A stretch of DNA of 64,000 bases, taken from Anaeromyxobacteraceae bacterium (GTDB taxonomy: Bacteria; Myxococcota; Myxococcia; Myxococcales; Anaeromyxobacteraceae). A program made the translations under genes and the position numbers. This document shows, piece by piece, positions 51,432-63,729 of the stretch. Positions within the stretch are counted from its first letter, which is position 1, and each line of letters begins with the position of its first letter. Under the pieces are notes generated by a model that was not told where the DNA came from, searched no databases, and saw only the letters and a program-made list of their open reading frames with translations. The DNA lies in NCBI GenBank assembly GCA_047602405.1, contig JASGHJ010000001.1, forward strand, positions 672,001 through 736,000. Reading direction: 5' to 3'.

Positions 51432-51499
51432 CCCTCGACTCCGTTCATCCTGAGCGCAGCCGCGGCAGGCGGCGGAGTCGAAGGACTCAGGATGAGCGG
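51432..51499 (+). repeat. Nested palindromic REP-like element
   Basis: CCCTCGACT-CCGTTCATCCTGAGCG...AGTCGAAGGA-CTCAGGATGAGCGG. Confidence 0.8.
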
Positions 51500-51506
51500 C
51501 CGCGAG

Positions 51507-52958
51507 TTACGAGCCAACGACCCTGAGCGGGGCCGGCGAGGCGCGGTGCGGGAACTCGATCAGGTACTCGCCGGAGAAGCAGGCGTCGCAGAAAGTCTTC
51601 CGCTCCTCGCCGATGGCCGCGTAGAGGCCGTCGAGCGAGAGGTAGCCGAGCGAGTCCGCGGTGACGTAGGTCGCGATCTCCTCGGTGGAGTGCGTGCTCG
51701 CGATGAGCTCCTGCCGGGTCGGCGTGTCGATGCCGTAGTAGCAGGGCCAGGCGGTGGGCGGCGACGAGATGCGCAGGTGCACCTCGATGGCGCCCGCGGC
51801 GCGGATCATCTTCACGATCTTGCGGCTGGTGGTGCCGCGCACGACCGAGTCGTCGACGACGACGACGCGCTTCCCCTTCAGCACGTCGCGCAGCGCGTTC
51901 AGCTTCAGCTTCACGCCGAAGTGGCGGATCGACTGCGAGGGCTCGATGAACGTGCGCCCGACGTAGTGCGAGCGCACGAGCCCCATCGCGAACGGGATCC
52001 CCGCCTTCTCGGCGTAGCCGATGGCGGCGGGCACGCCGGAGTCCGGCACCGGGATGACGAGGTCGGCCTCGACCGGGTGCTCCTCGGCGAGGCGGCGGCC
52101 GAAGGCGTGGCGGGTCGCGTACACCGACTTCCCGAAGAGCACGGAGTCGGGGCGCGCGAAGTAGATGTGCTCGAACACGCAGCGGCCGCTGCGCTCGGGC
52201 GGGCGGGCCGACGGGAAGAGCTTCTCCGAGCGCAGGCCGCCGTCGTCGATGATGACCATCTCGCCGGCCGCGACCTCGCGGACGTAGTCGGCCTCGATGA
52301 GGTCGAGCGCGGTGGTCTCGGAGGCGAGCACCCAGGACTGGTTCTTGAGCTTCCCGAGCACCATCGGGCGGAAGCCCATCGGGTCGCGCACGCCGATCAT
52401 CACCTTCGGCGTGAAGAACAGCACCGAGTACGCGCCGGCGACGCGGCCGAGCGCCTCGCGGACCGCGCCGACGAGCTGCTCGGTGGAGCCGGGGGGCCCG
52501 AGCGAGCGGGCCCGCGCGAGGAGGTGGACGATGACCTCGGTGTCGGTCGAGGCCGTGAAGATCGAGCCCTCGCCCTCGAGCTCGAAGCGGAGCGCCTCGG
52601 CGTTGACGAGGTTGCCGTTGTGGGCGACCGCGACGGCGCCGCCCGCGTACTGCACCGCGATCGGCTGCGCGTTCTTCACGTGCGACGCGCCGGTCGTGGA
52701 GTAGCGGACGTGACCGATGGCGGAGCGGCCGGTGAGGCTCGCGATGGTCTCCTGGGAGAAGGCGTCGGCGACGAGGCCCATCGCCCGGTGCACGTGCAGT
52801 GTCTCGCCGTCGGAGGAGACGATGCCGGCCGACTCCTGCCCGCGGTGCTGCAGGGCGTGGAGGCCGAGGTACGCGTAGTTGGCGGCCTCGTCGGCACCCC
52901 AGATGCCGAAGACCCCGCACTCGTCCTTCATCTTGTCGTAGACGGCGTCGTAGCCCAT
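51507..52958 (-). CDS. purF: Amidophosphoribosyltransferase
   Basis: ECGVFG (Ntn cysteine), [44 protein letters not shown]. Confidence 0.97.
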   Translation of the reverse strand: MGYDAVYDKMKDECGVFGIWGADEAANYAYLGLHALQHRGQESAGIVSSDGETLHVHRAMGLVADAFSQETIASLTGRSAIGHVRYSTTGASHVKNAQPIAVQYAGGAVAVAHNGNLVNAEALRFELEGEGSIFTASTDTEVIVHLLARARSLGPPGSTEQLVGAVREALGRVAGAYSVLFFTPKVMIGVRDPMGFRPMVLGKLKNQSWVLASETTALDLIEADYVREVAAGEMVIIDDGGLRSEKLFPSARPPERSGRCVFEHIYFARPDSVLFGKSVYATRHAFGRRLAEEHPVEADLVIPVPDSGVPAAIGYAEKAGIPFAMGLVRSHYVGRTFIEPSQSIRHFGVKLKLNALRDVLKGKRVVVVDDSVVRGTTSRKIVKMIRAAGAIEVHLRISSPPTAWPCYYGIDTPTRQELIASTHSTEEIATYVTADSLGYLSLDGLYAAIGEERKTFCDACFSGEYLIEFPHRASPAPLRVVGS

Positions 52959-52986
52959 GAGCGGCGCGGAGTATAACGATCCACGC

Positions 52987-54303
52987 TTGGAAGGACACCC
53001 TCCCCGCCCGGCGCTCCGCCGCCCCCCGGCACGCGCCCTCCGCGCCCTCGCGATCGGGGTCTCCATCCCCGCGCTGTTCCTCGCGATCGCGTCCCTCCCG
53101 TGGCGTCCGCAGGCCACGTCCGGGCCGCCCGGAGCCGTTGCCCGGAAAGCGTGCAGCGGGCCCCTCGCCGCGGGCGCCGGCGAGGTCCAATTCGACTTAC
53201 CGTCCGGGGCCCCGATCGCCGGGTTCCGCCGCAACACCTGGGCGAGCGAGGGCGCGCCCGGTCCCGTGGGCGCGCGCGCGATCGTGCTCGAGGCGGGCGG
53301 CTGCCGCGTCGCGATCGCGTCCGGCGAGATCCTGCTCGTGCCGCACCCGCTCGCCGCGCAGATCCGCGCGCGGGTGCAGGATCTCCACCTCGACGGCCTC
53401 TTCCTCGGGGCGACGCACACCCACGCCGGGCCGGGCGGCTACTGGGACGAGCTCCTCGGGGAGTACGGCGGGACGGCCCCGTACGACCCCGCGATGGAGG
53501 CGCGCATCGCCGACGGCTACGCGCGCGCGATCCGCACCGCGGCCGCCGCGCTCGCGCCCGCGCGGGTGGGCGAGCGGGTGATCGACGCCGGCGCGCTCGT
53601 GCGCGGCCGCTCGAACGGCGAGGAGGAGGCCCGGCTCACGCTCGTCCGGCTCGCGCGCGCGGACGGCGCGCCGGTCGCCGAGCTCGCCGTGCTGGCGGCG
53701 CACCCGACGCTCCTCGGCAAGGCCAACCGGCGCATCGACGGCGACTGGCCCGGGCGCTTCCTCGCCGACGCGCCCCACGGGCTGCGCCTCTTCGTGCAGG
53801 GCGCGCTCGGCGACCAGTCGCCCGACGGCCCGGGCGGCGCGCGCCCCGCGGCGCCCGCGTACGGCGAGGCGGTCTCGCGCGCGGCCGACGTGGAGGTGCC
53901 GCTCGGCGAGGCGGGCGCCGCGGTGCCGCTCGCGTTCGCGACGGTCGAGGTCCCGCTGCCCGGGTTCGAGCCGGGCGGGATCCCGGGGTTGCTGCGGCCC
54001 GCGGCGCGCACCTTCCTCGGCGGGCACGTGCCGCGCCGCGCCGCGGTGACCGCGCTGCGCGTCGGGCCCGTCGTGCTCGCCGGCGTGCCGGCGGAGCCGG
54101 TCGCCGCGGTGGGCGCCGGGTGGCGCGCGCGCGCGGGTGCCGACGTCGTGCTCGTGTCGCTCGTGAACGACTACGTCGGCTACGCGGAGACCCCGGAGGA
54201 CTGGGCCGCCGGACGCGGTGAGACGAAGCGGACCGTGCTCGGGCCGGCCCTCGCGGAGCGGCTCGGCGAGGGCGTGGCGGCGGCGGTCGCGGCGGTGCGA
54301 TGA
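52987..54303 (+). CDS. Neutral/alkaline ceramidase-like domain protein
   Basis: [39 protein letters not shown]. Start uncertain. Confidence 0.75.
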   Translation: MEGHPPRPALRRPPARALRALAIGVSIPALFLAIASLPWRPQATSGPPGAVARKACSGPLAAGAGEVQFDLPSGAPIAGFRRNTWASEGAPGPVGARAIVLEAGGCRVAIASGEILLVPHPLAAQIRARVQDLHLDGLFLGATHTHAGPGGYWDELLGEYGGTAPYDPAMEARIADGYARAIRTAAAALAPARVGERVIDAGALVRGRSNGEEEARLTLVRLARADGAPVAELAVLAAHPTLLGKANRRIDGDWPGRFLADAPHGLRLFVQGALGDQSPDGPGGARPAAPAYGEAVSRAADVEVPLGEAGAAVPLAFATVEVPLPGFEPGGIPGLLRPAARTFLGGHVPRRAAVTALRVGPVVLAGVPAEPVAAVGAGWRARAGADVVLVSLVNDYVGYAETPEDWAAGRGETKRTVLGPALAERLGEGVAAAVAAVR

Positions 54304-54389
54304 ACGCGGTGCGATGAACGCGGTACGATGAACGCGGTACGATGAACGCGGTGCGATGAACGCGGTGCGATGAACGCGGTGCGATGCAC
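54292..54389 (+). repeat. Tandem repeat (VNTR), 7 x 14 bp GCGGT(G/A)CGATG(A/C)AC
   Basis: Seven contiguous units; the first contains the TGA stop of the upstream gene. Confidence 0.95.
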
Positions 54390-54448
54390 CCGCGGCGGTG
54401 AACGCCGCCGCCACGAACCCGGTGCGGTGAGTTTGCGCAGGGGCCGTT

Positions 54449-54492
54449 CCGTTGACTCCCGTCAACGGACGACCGGCGGTCCGGCGTAGCCT
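54449..54492 (+). promoter_or_regulatory. FNR/Crp-family box and -10 element
   Basis: CCG-TTGAC-tccc-GTCAA-CGG centred 41.5 nt upstream of the ATG at 54500; TAGCCT at 54487-54492. Confidence 0.6.
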
Positions 54493-54499
54493 TCACGGC

Positions 54500-55510
54500 A
54501 TGCCGACCACCCCGCACTCCCCCGCCGCGCTGCGCGCCGTCTGCGAGCGCATGATCGCCGCGCTCCGCGCGGGCGCCGTCCCCGCGGTCTCCCCGGACGA
54601 GCTGCCCTGCTTCACCGCGGAGGCGCTCGCCGGCGACCCGAACGTGCGGCCCGCGATGCTCGCCGGCGTGCTCGCCGCGCTCGGGCCGGACGACGTGCCC
54701 ACGCTCGTGCGCGCGCTCATGGCGATCGACCGGAACGAGCGCGCCTGGCTGGGCTTCAAGATCGTGACCGACCCCGCGAAGGCGACCGACTCGGAGGACA
54801 CCGACGTCGTCGCGTTCAGGGGGAAGGGCCAGGGCAGCGCCGACGCGCGGTCGGGGCTGTTCGTGGTGGTGAACCCGACGCTCGGGCGCGACGCCGAGAT
54901 CGTGTTCTCGAGGCGGTACTCGCAGCGCGACTGGCTGCAGATCGTCGACTGCACGCGCGGCCCGCACATGCACGACGAGCAGTACGCCGGCGTGTACTGG
55001 AAGTCGGCGGCGCTCTTCCGGCAGGAGCGGGTGTTCCTGCTCGGCGCGAGCCCGGTCGCGGCGCAGGTGGCCCGCGTCGCGGGCATGGTCGACTTCCTCA
55101 CCGTGGCCGTCGACGACGACCCCGCCTACCTCAACCCGGAGCGCTTCCCCGCGTCCGAGCGCGTGCTCGTGCCGGGCTGGGACCGGCTGCCGGACCTCGG
55201 CATCGGCCCGGACGACCACGTCTGCGTGCTGACGCGCGGGCACATGCACGACCCCGAGGCGCTCGTGTACGCGGTGCGGAGCGGCGCGGGGTACGTCGGC
55301 ATGATGGGCGCGGCCGAGAAGAACGCGCGGGTGTTCGAGCTCGCGGAGCAGCACGTCCCGCGCGCGCAGCTCGAGGCCACGCACACGCCGATCGGGCTCC
55401 GCTTCGGCGCGCGCACGCCGGTCGAGCTCGCGATGTCGGTCGTGGCGGAGCTCATCCAGGTGCGCGACCATCGGCGCAAGGCGCGGGCCCAGGCCGCGGC
55501 GCAGGCCTGA
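54500..55510 (+). CDS. XdhC family protein (C-terminal Rossmann domain) with an unrecognised N-terminal domain
   Basis: LLGASPVA...VAVDDD....NPERFP, VLTRGHMHD, YVGMMG, HTPIGL..GARTPVELAMSVVAELI. Confidence 0.8.
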   Translation: MPTTPHSPAALRAVCERMIAALRAGAVPAVSPDELPCFTAEALAGDPNVRPAMLAGVLAALGPDDVPTLVRALMAIDRNERAWLGFKIVTDPAKATDSEDTDVVAFRGKGQGSADARSGLFVVVNPTLGRDAEIVFSRRYSQRDWLQIVDCTRGPHMHDEQYAGVYWKSAALFRQERVFLLGASPVAAQVARVAGMVDFLTVAVDDDPAYLNPERFPASERVLVPGWDRLPDLGIGPDDHVCVLTRGHMHDPEALVYAVRSGAGYVGMMGAAEKNARVFELAEQHVPRAQLEATHTPIGLRFGARTPVELAMSVVAELIQVRDHRRKARAQAAAQA

Positions 55511-55514
55511 GCGC

Positions 55515-56989
55515 TCACCCGCTCGAGCCGCGCGCAGCCACGCCTCGATCGCCGCGGCCGGCGGCCCCGCGTGCGCCGGCGCGATGCCGTCGAGCTCGTT
55601 CGTGCCGTCGCGCCGGAGCCGCGAGCAGTCCGGCGCCTTCACCTCGAGCCCCGCGTTCGGGAGCCGGAACGGGATGCCGCCGTTCGTGTAGCCGCAGCCC
55701 GCGCCCATCGTCCGCTCGCCGAGCAGCGCGGCCGCGCCGCCGTCGACGAGCGTCGCCGCGAAGGCCTCCGCCGCCGAGGCGGTCCGGCGGTCGGCGAGGA
55801 TCGCGAGCGGGCCCGACCAGGCGCCGGGCTCGTACGACCACTGCCAGAGCGCGTCGAGCACGCCCCACGCGCGCGGGTCGCGGACGCCGTCGCGCGGCAG
55901 GGGGCCGAGGAGGCCGCAGGTGCGCCCGGGGCGGACGACGCGGTTCGAGCAGGCGGGCGCGGCGCCGCGCCAGATCCCCGATGCGTCGCACGGCTCGGCG
56001 GCGGCGCGGAGGAACCCGTCCACGCGGGCGCGAGCCTCCCCGACGAGCGCCACCTCGTGCGGCGTGAGCCCGGGCTCGCGCGCCGTCGCCGCGAGCTCGC
56101 GGGCGAGCTCGGCGAGGTGCGAGAGGTGGTGCGGGTGCCGGACGAACCCGCCGCCGGGGCAGTCCAGGGGCCGGGCCGTGACGACGCGCGCGGCCGCGTC
56201 GGCCCAGCCGGCGCCGCCGCCGTTGCCGGTGAGGTCGACGACGAGCGCCGAGGCGCCCGCGTCGCGGAGCGCCCGGACGCGGGCCCCGAGCGCCGCGAGC
56301 ACGGCGTCCTCCAGGACGGAGCCCCGGAAGGCGTCGAGGCAGCCGCCCGCGCAGGGCTCGTTCCGCCCGGCGCGGGCGCGCTCCCAGGCCGCGGCGCAGG
56401 TGGCCGGGTAGTGCGCGGCCTCGAAGCTCGGGAGGCGCACGAGGCCGACCTTCCGCCCGGCCACCTCGGCGACCCCCGCGGCGAGGTCGCCCGCCGGGAG
56501 TGGCGTGAAGCCCGGCAGCGCCGCGAGCGCCGGGGCGAGCGCGGGCGACGGCGGGCTCGACACGCCGATCGTCGCGCAGGCCGCCGCGCCGTCGAGGGCC
56601 GGGTCGAGCGCGGGGCCGGGCGAGGCCTGCGCCGTGGCCGGGGACCCGCCCGCGCGGAGCTCCCGCCACCAGCGCGCGACCCGCTTCGAGAGCTTCTCGC
56701 GCCGGAGCTGCAGGTGCGGGTCGTGGAAGGCCTCGAGGAGCTCCGCGATCGCCCCGCGCGCCTCGCCGTCGGTGGCGGCGCGGGCGAGCGCGTCGCGGGT
56801 GCGCCGGTCGAGCGCCGCGAGGTCCACGCCGCGGCGGGGGGCGTCCTCGAGGTTCGCGTACGCGCGCGCGAGGTGCGCCTCGAGCGCGTCGAGGTCGGCG
56901 AGCCAGGCCGCGCGATCGAAGGTGAGGCGCGGGACGACGAGGAACCCGGCGAGCGCGGCGGCGGCGAGGGCGAGGAGGAGCTTTCGCAT
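55515..56989 (-). CDS. S41 family peptidase; probable 1-nt deletion just before the stop
   Basis: FHDPHL, LVRLPSF, VVDLTGNGGG, RTASAAEAF, GERTMGAG, DGIAP. The frame has no stop until 53636, but adding one base gives ...AWLARGSSG* at 55515. Confidence 0.8.
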
Positions 56990-57049
56990 CGTGGTGCCCC
57001 GGTACGGTCCCCCGGCGCGCCGGATTTCGCGACGCCCCCGCGGGGCACC

Positions 57050-57682
57050 TCACGCCCCGAGCAGGACCGCCAGCGCGGCGAGGTCCGGCACGCGGTGGTC
57101 GGCGGATCCGGGCCGCGCGTGCGGGCGCTCCACGAGCACGGTCGTGAGGCCGAGCGAGCGCGCGACGTCGAGGTCGTAGTCGGCGTAGGCGGAGACGTGC
57201 CACCAGGCGCGGTCGAGCGGGACGCCGAGCCGCGTCGAGACCTCGCGCCAGAAGGCCGGGTCGGGCTTGTAGCAGCGCACGTCCTCCGCGCAGAACCAGG
57301 CCGAGAGGTCGCGGCCGAGCGCGGCGCGGACGTCGGCGCCGTGCGCGCGATCGCTGTTCGTCATCGCGACGCACGGGGCGACCCTCATGAGCCGCGCGAG
57401 CGCGGCGCCGGAGTCCGGATGGAGCGGCCAGCGCCCGACCTCGCGGCCGATCGCGTCGGCCGCACCCGGCGGCAGCCCCACGACCTCGACGAGGCTCTGC
57501 GCGGTGATCTCGGCGTAGGTCCGGAACGGCGACGCCCGCTCGAGCTCGGCTTGCCGGTCGACCACGCCGTCGAACTCCGCCTCGGCGAGCGTCCGGCCGT
57601 GCGCCGCGGCGGAGGTGAGGAGCCCTCGGCGCCAGTCGAGGACGGTGCCGAACACGTCGAAGGTGAGGAGGGCCGGCGGCAT
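57050..57682 (-). CDS. HAD superfamily hydrolase (haloacid dehalogenase type II-like)
   Basis: LTFDVFGTVLDW, MTNSD, YKPDPAF, HVSAYADYD. Confidence 0.88.
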   Translation of the reverse strand: MPPALLTFDVFGTVLDWRRGLLTSAAAHGRTLAEAEFDGVVDRQAELERASPFRTYAEITAQSLVEVVGLPPGAADAIGREVGRWPLHPDSGAALARLMRVAPCVAMTNSDRAHGADVRAALGRDLSAWFCAEDVRCYKPDPAFWREVSTRLGVPLDRAWWHVSAYADYDLDVARSLGLTTVLVERPHARPGSADHRVPDLAALAVLLGA

Positions 57683-57780
57683 GGGGGTGTTGTAACGCGG
57701 CCCGGCCCGGCGCCGCCCGCCTCGCCCAGGGCGACCGCGACCCCGAACGAGCTCGCCCAGCCTCCTCGCGGAGCGCCGAC

Positions 57781-58413
57781 CTACTTCTGCAGCCGCCGCT
57801 CGAACGTGACGATCGCCACGGTCGCGGCCGCGATGGCCGCGAGCAGCGCGCCGGCCTTGAGCGCGGGCTCGAGCATCGAGGCCGCGAGCTTCGCGGCGAT
57901 CGCGAGCAGCACGACCACGAGCCCCTCCAGGTGCACGGCGCGGGCGCCGTGGGCGGAGCCGCGGACGATCCGGCCTGCGCCGAGGAACACGAGCGCGAGC
58001 GTGCCGACGAGCGGCGCGCCCTGCCCGTTCGGCAGCGACAGGCCCGCGGCGAACGCGGCCACCGTGGCGGCGACGAGCATCGCCTCGCCGCGCGCCAGCG
58101 GATCCACGTCGTGGCTGCGCAGGCCGACGAGCAGGCACGCGAGCGCGACGAGGAACGGCGGCAGCACGGCGAGCCAGAACCCGAGCGGCGGCGGCGCGAG
58201 CAGCGCGGCGCCGGCGGCGAGCGTGGGCAAGGAGAGCGCGAGCGCCAGCGCGTAGAACGCGAACCGGCCGGCGACGCGCGCCACGCCGGTCGGCCCGACG
58301 GCGCCGGGCGCCCGGAAGCCGAGCGGCGACGCGACGAGCGCGGCGGCGACGGCGAGCGCGATGAGGACGACCGGGCCGGACCAGGGACCGGCGAGCTCGG
58401 GTGCAGCGATCAT
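57781..58413 (-). CDS. Hypothetical integral membrane protein
   Basis: 210 aa with about 7 hydrophobic segments. Confidence 0.65.
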   Translation of the reverse strand: MIAAPELAGPWSGPVVLIALAVAAALVASPLGFRAPGAVGPTGVARVAGRFAFYALALALSLPTLAAGAALLAPPPLGFWLAVLPPFLVALACLLVGLRSHDVDPLARGEAMLVAATVAAFAAGLSLPNGQGAPLVGTLALVFLGAGRIVRGSAHGARAVHLEGLVVVLLAIAAKLAASMLEPALKAGALLAAIAAATVAIVTFERRLQK

Positions 58414-58503
58414 GGCGTCTTCCCCCGGGCGTGAAGCTACACCAGCCCCGGTTCGGGGCGTGCGCCGGCGCGCGCGTGCGGCGATGTGCCGCGTCCGGCG
58501 GGC

Positions 58504-60152
58504 CTAACGGGTCCGTACGCCCCGAGCGTAGCCCGCCGTGGGCGGGCGGAGCCGAGGGGCCGTGGCCCCGCAGGTCGCCCTCAGCCGCGACGCCCGCTCC
58601 GTCCACGGGGTGCGGGCCTCCTCGGGCATCCCCTCCGGCAGGAAGTCGAGCGCGCGCTCCGCGGTGGCGAGCGCGTCCGGGCAGCGGCCGGCGGCCTCGA
58701 GGGCGGCGGCGAGCGTGTCGAGCACGTTGGGGTTCCCGGGGGAAAGCTCCACCGCCCGCTCCGCGTGCGGGAGTGCCTCGGCGACCTTGCCGGCCTTCAC
58801 GAGGAACCAGGCGAGGTTCCCCGCCGCCATCGCGTTGCCGGGCCCGGCGTCGACCGCGCGGCGGAGGACCTCGAGGCGCTCCGCGTCGCCCGCGGCGTCG
58901 CGCGGGAGCGACTGCGAGAGCCAGAGCAGCGCGCGCAGGTCGCGCGGGTGCGCCGCCGCCGCCCGCCGCGCGAGCGGGAGGGGATCGCCGCCCTCCTCGG
59001 CGGCCTTCGCGAAGAGCGCGACCACGTGATCGGGGTCCTCGCGCAGCGCCTCCTCGACCTCGGCCCGCTCGAGCGACGGCCCGCGGCCGCGGCCGCGGTC
59101 GTGGCGCGGCAGGGCGAGGCGCACGCCGTGGACCTCGCCCGCGCCGAGCGTGCGGACCACCGGGTCCGCGCGCACCGGCACGTCCACGCTCCAGTCGCCG
59201 TGGCCGGGCCGGCGCGCGTGCGCGAGGAGCCGCTCGTCGAGCGCCTCCGGACCGCCCGCCCGCGCGGATCCCACTCCGGGAACGTCACCTGCCAGGCGAC
59301 CTCGGGCCGCTCCGCGTCGGCGAGCCGCGCGCGGAAGGCCGCGAAGCGGGGCGCCTCCTCGTGCAGCAGGTGGTGCACGAGCACCGCCGCGCTCGCGCGG
59401 AGCCGCGCGTCCTGCACCCGCCCGTTCCAGGCGAGGAGCTCGCGCACGGGCACCGGCTCGCGCGCGTGGATCCGCGCGAGCTCGACCGGCAGCCGGCCGA
59501 AGCGGCGCACCGTGCGCACCTCGGGGTCGGTGAAGAAGCCGTCGTCGTCGTCGGCCTCGTTGATCTTGCGGGAGAGCTCGCTCTCGCCGCGCTCGAGCTG
59601 CCGCGGCCCGATGGGCTTCTCGTGCAGCCTGAGGCCCGAGAGGCCGTGCCCCCCGCCGAGCACCTCCGCGAGCGCGGCGTAGCCCTCGCCGAACCAGCGG
59701 GGCTGCCGCGGGTAGGCCTGGCGGAGCACGTGGTGCGTGAGCTCGTGTGCGACGACCGCGCGGCGGTCCAGGCCGGAGCGCGCCGGCATGACGATGAGGT
59801 GATCGCCGAGGCCGCTCGGCCAGAGGAACGCGGAGAGCCCCGGCGGCGCGAACTCGTCGAACGCCTCGTCGGAGCGGAAGGCGACGACCCGGGCCTGCCC
59901 GGCGACCGTGCGGCGCTCGCCGGGGAAGAGACCCTCCACGATCGCGGCCCGGACCTCCTCGAGCTGGCGCGAGAGCGAGCGGACCTCGCCGGGCGTGAGG
60001 TCGCCGGAGACGGTGAAGTGCGCGCTCGTGGCCTCGTGCCACGCCGGCCCGCCGCGCGCCGGGCACCGGAAGTGCTCGCCGCCGCGGCTCGCGGGCGTGC
60101 TCGCGCAGGCGGCGAGGAGGACGAGCAGGGACGCGGCGGCACCGCGGCGCAT
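58504..60152 (-). CDS. DUF1570-like zinc-peptidase / TPR lipoprotein; 1-nt deletion at ~59265
   Basis: Lipobox LAAC, CPARGG..W....SAHF, VVAHELTH...PRWFGEG. C-terminal TPRs (NLAWFL...AVELSPGNPNVLDTLA) lie in the shifted frame. Confidence 0.78.
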
Positions 60153-60306
60153 GCACGGAGCGTAGCGGGCCGGCCCGGGCCGCGCGAGGGCTCCCGCTGC
60201 GCGGACGGGCCGGGTCGCTGCAGCGGCCCGGGAGGGGGCCGGGGGTCCGCTGCGAAGGGCGCTGCGTGTCGGGGCGGAGCAGGTGGGCGAGCGCCCCGCT
60301 CCTGCC

Positions 60307-62160
60307 CTACACGGCCGCCGGGACCCTCGAGTCCTCGAGCCGGACCTTCGCGAGCAGCTGCTCGAGCTCGCCGCCGGAGAGCGTCTCCTTCGTGAGCAGG
60401 CTCCGCGCGCTCTCCTCGAGGAGCGGCTTGTTCCGCACGAGGACCGCGCGGGCCCGGGCGAAGGCGCCCTCGACGAGGTCGCGCACGGCGACGTCGATCT
60501 CGCGGGCGGTCTCCTCGGCGTAGAGCCGGGTGCGGCCGCCGAGCTGGCCCAGGAACCCGTTCGGCTCGGTCTCGTAGCTGACGGGCCCCAGGCTGCGCCC
60601 GCCCATGCCGAAGCGGGTCACCATGTTGCGCGCGACGTCGGTGGCCTTCGAGAGGTCGTCGGAGGCGCCGGTGGAGAGGTGGCCGAAGATGACGTGCTCC
60701 GCGGCGCGGCCGCCGAGCAGCACCGCCATCTTGTTCTCGAGCTCCTCGCGCGTCATGAGGTAGCGGTCCTCGGTCGGGCGCTGGATGGTGTAGCCGAGCG
60801 CGCCGATGCCGCGCGGGATGATCGAGATCTTGTGGACCGGATCGCAGCCCGGGAGCGCGGCGGCGACGAAGGCATGGCCGAGCTCGTGGTGCGCGACGAT
60901 CTCGCGCTCGCGCGGGTTGAGGAGCCGGTTCTTCTTCTCGAGGCCGGCGATGATCCGCTCGATGGCGACGTTGAAGTCGTCGGCGGAGACCTCCTCGGCG
61001 CCGCGGCGGGTCGCCACGAGCGCGGCCTCGTTGACGAGGTTCGCGAGGTCGGCGCCGGTGAAGCCGGCGGTGAGCGCGGCCACCTCCTCGAGCCGCGCGG
61101 ACGGGGCGAGCCGGACCTTCCTCGCGTGCACCGCGAGGATCTGCGCGCGCCCGCCGCGGTCGGGCCGGTCGACGAGCACCTGGCGGTCGAAGCGGCCGGC
61201 GCGGAGCAGCGCCGGGTCGAGCACCTCGGGCCGGTTGGTGGCGCCGAGGAGCACGATGCCGCTCGCGGGGTCGAAGCCGTCGAGCTCGACGAGCAGCTGG
61301 TTGAGGGTCTGCTCCTTCTCGTCGTGGCCGCCGGCCATGCCCTGCACCGAGGCGCGGGCGCGGCCGAGCGCGTCGAGCTCGTCGATGAAGATGATGGCGG
61401 GCGCCTTCTGCCGCGCCTGCTCGAACAGGTCGCGCACGCGCGCCGCGCCGACGCCCACGAACATCTCCACGAACTCGGAGCCGGAGATCGAGAAGAACGG
61501 CACGCCCGCCTCGCCGGCGACGGCCTTCGCGAGCAGCGTCTTGCCGGTGCCGGGGGGCCCGACGAGGAGCACGCCCTTCGGCATGCGCGCGCCGAGGCGG
61601 CCGTGCTGCTTCGGGTCCTTGAGGAACGAGACGATCTCGACGAGCTCGGCCTTCGCCTCGTCGACGCCGGCGACGTCGGCGAAGGTCACCTTGGTGTCGG
61701 TCTCGACGTAGACCTTCGCCTTCGACTTGCCGATGGCCATGAGCCCGCCGCCGGCGCCGCCGCCCATCTGCCCGGCCATGCGGCGGATGACGAGCAGCCA
61801 CAGGCCGATGAAGACGACCGCGGGGAGGACGAGCGAGAGGACGAAGCCGAGGAGGTCGCTCTCGATGCGGCCGGAGTAGGTGACCTTGTGCTCGTCGAGC
61901 TCCTTCGCCATCGCGGGGTCGACGCGCACCGCGACGAAGCGCTTCTTGCCGTCGACGGGCTGCTTGAACTCACCCTCGACGCGGTCCTGCGAGACGACGA
62001 TCTTCCCGATCTTGTCCTCGCGGACGTACTGCTGGAACTGGCTGTAGGGGATGGTGGTGACGGCCTGGGTGGCCATCCACCACTGGTTGAAGAGCAGGAT
62101 GCCGAGCAGGGCCACGAGCAGGTAGCCGGCGTTGAAGCGCGTCTTCTTGTCGACGGGCAT
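60307..62160 (-). CDS. ftsH: ATP-dependent zinc metalloprotease FtsH
   Basis: Two TM segments, [39 protein letters not shown]. Confidence 0.96.
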   Translation of the reverse strand: MPVDKKTRFNAGYLLVALLGILLFNQWWMATQAVTTIPYSQFQQYVREDKIGKIVVSQDRVEGEFKQPVDGKKRFVAVRVDPAMAKELDEHKVTYSGRIESDLLGFVLSLVLPAVVFIGLWLLVIRRMAGQMGGGAGGGLMAIGKSKAKVYVETDTKVTFADVAGVDEAKAELVEIVSFLKDPKQHGRLGARMPKGVLLVGPPGTGKTLLAKAVAGEAGVPFFSISGSEFVEMFVGVGAARVRDLFEQARQKAPAIIFIDELDALGRARASVQGMAGGHDEKEQTLNQLLVELDGFDPASGIVLLGATNRPEVLDPALLRAGRFDRQVLVDRPDRGGRAQILAVHARKVRLAPSARLEEVAALTAGFTGADLANLVNEAALVATRRGAEEVSADDFNVAIERIIAGLEKKNRLLNPREREIVAHHELGHAFVAAALPGCDPVHKISIIPRGIGALGYTIQRPTEDRYLMTREELENKMAVLLGGRAAEHVIFGHLSTGASDDLSKATDVARNMVTRFGMGGRSLGPVSYETEPNGFLGQLGGRTRLYAEETAREIDVAVRDLVEGAFARARAVLVRNKPLLEESARSLLTKETLSGGELEQLLAKVRLEDSRVPAAV

Positions 62161-62316
62161 GGTGCGGGATCCGTAATCACCGCACCCCCTCGGTCAAACC
62201 TCAGAATTCGACCGAAACACTTCGTAATGATCTAACTGACCGGCCGCCCCGGGCGAGGGCGCCGACGTCGTGGGATGGGTGCCCCCGGCCGGGCCCATCG
62301 TCTACACTGCGCCGCG

Positions 62317-63725
<1,409 letters not shown>

Positions 63726-63729
<4 letters not shown>

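Noticed and set aside
54292..54389. Possible CRISPR array
   Set aside because: Contiguous 14-bp units with no spacers and no cas genes; it is a simple VNTR.
54390..54499. Moco riboswitch upstream of the XdhC-like gene
   Set aside because: I could not identify the conserved multi-stem motifs; the palindrome fits an FNR-type box better.
53636..55514. 1117-aa extended S41 peptidase overlapping the XdhC-like gene antisense
   Set aside because: The extension reads as shadow-frame sequence; one missing base before the TGA at 55515 explains it.
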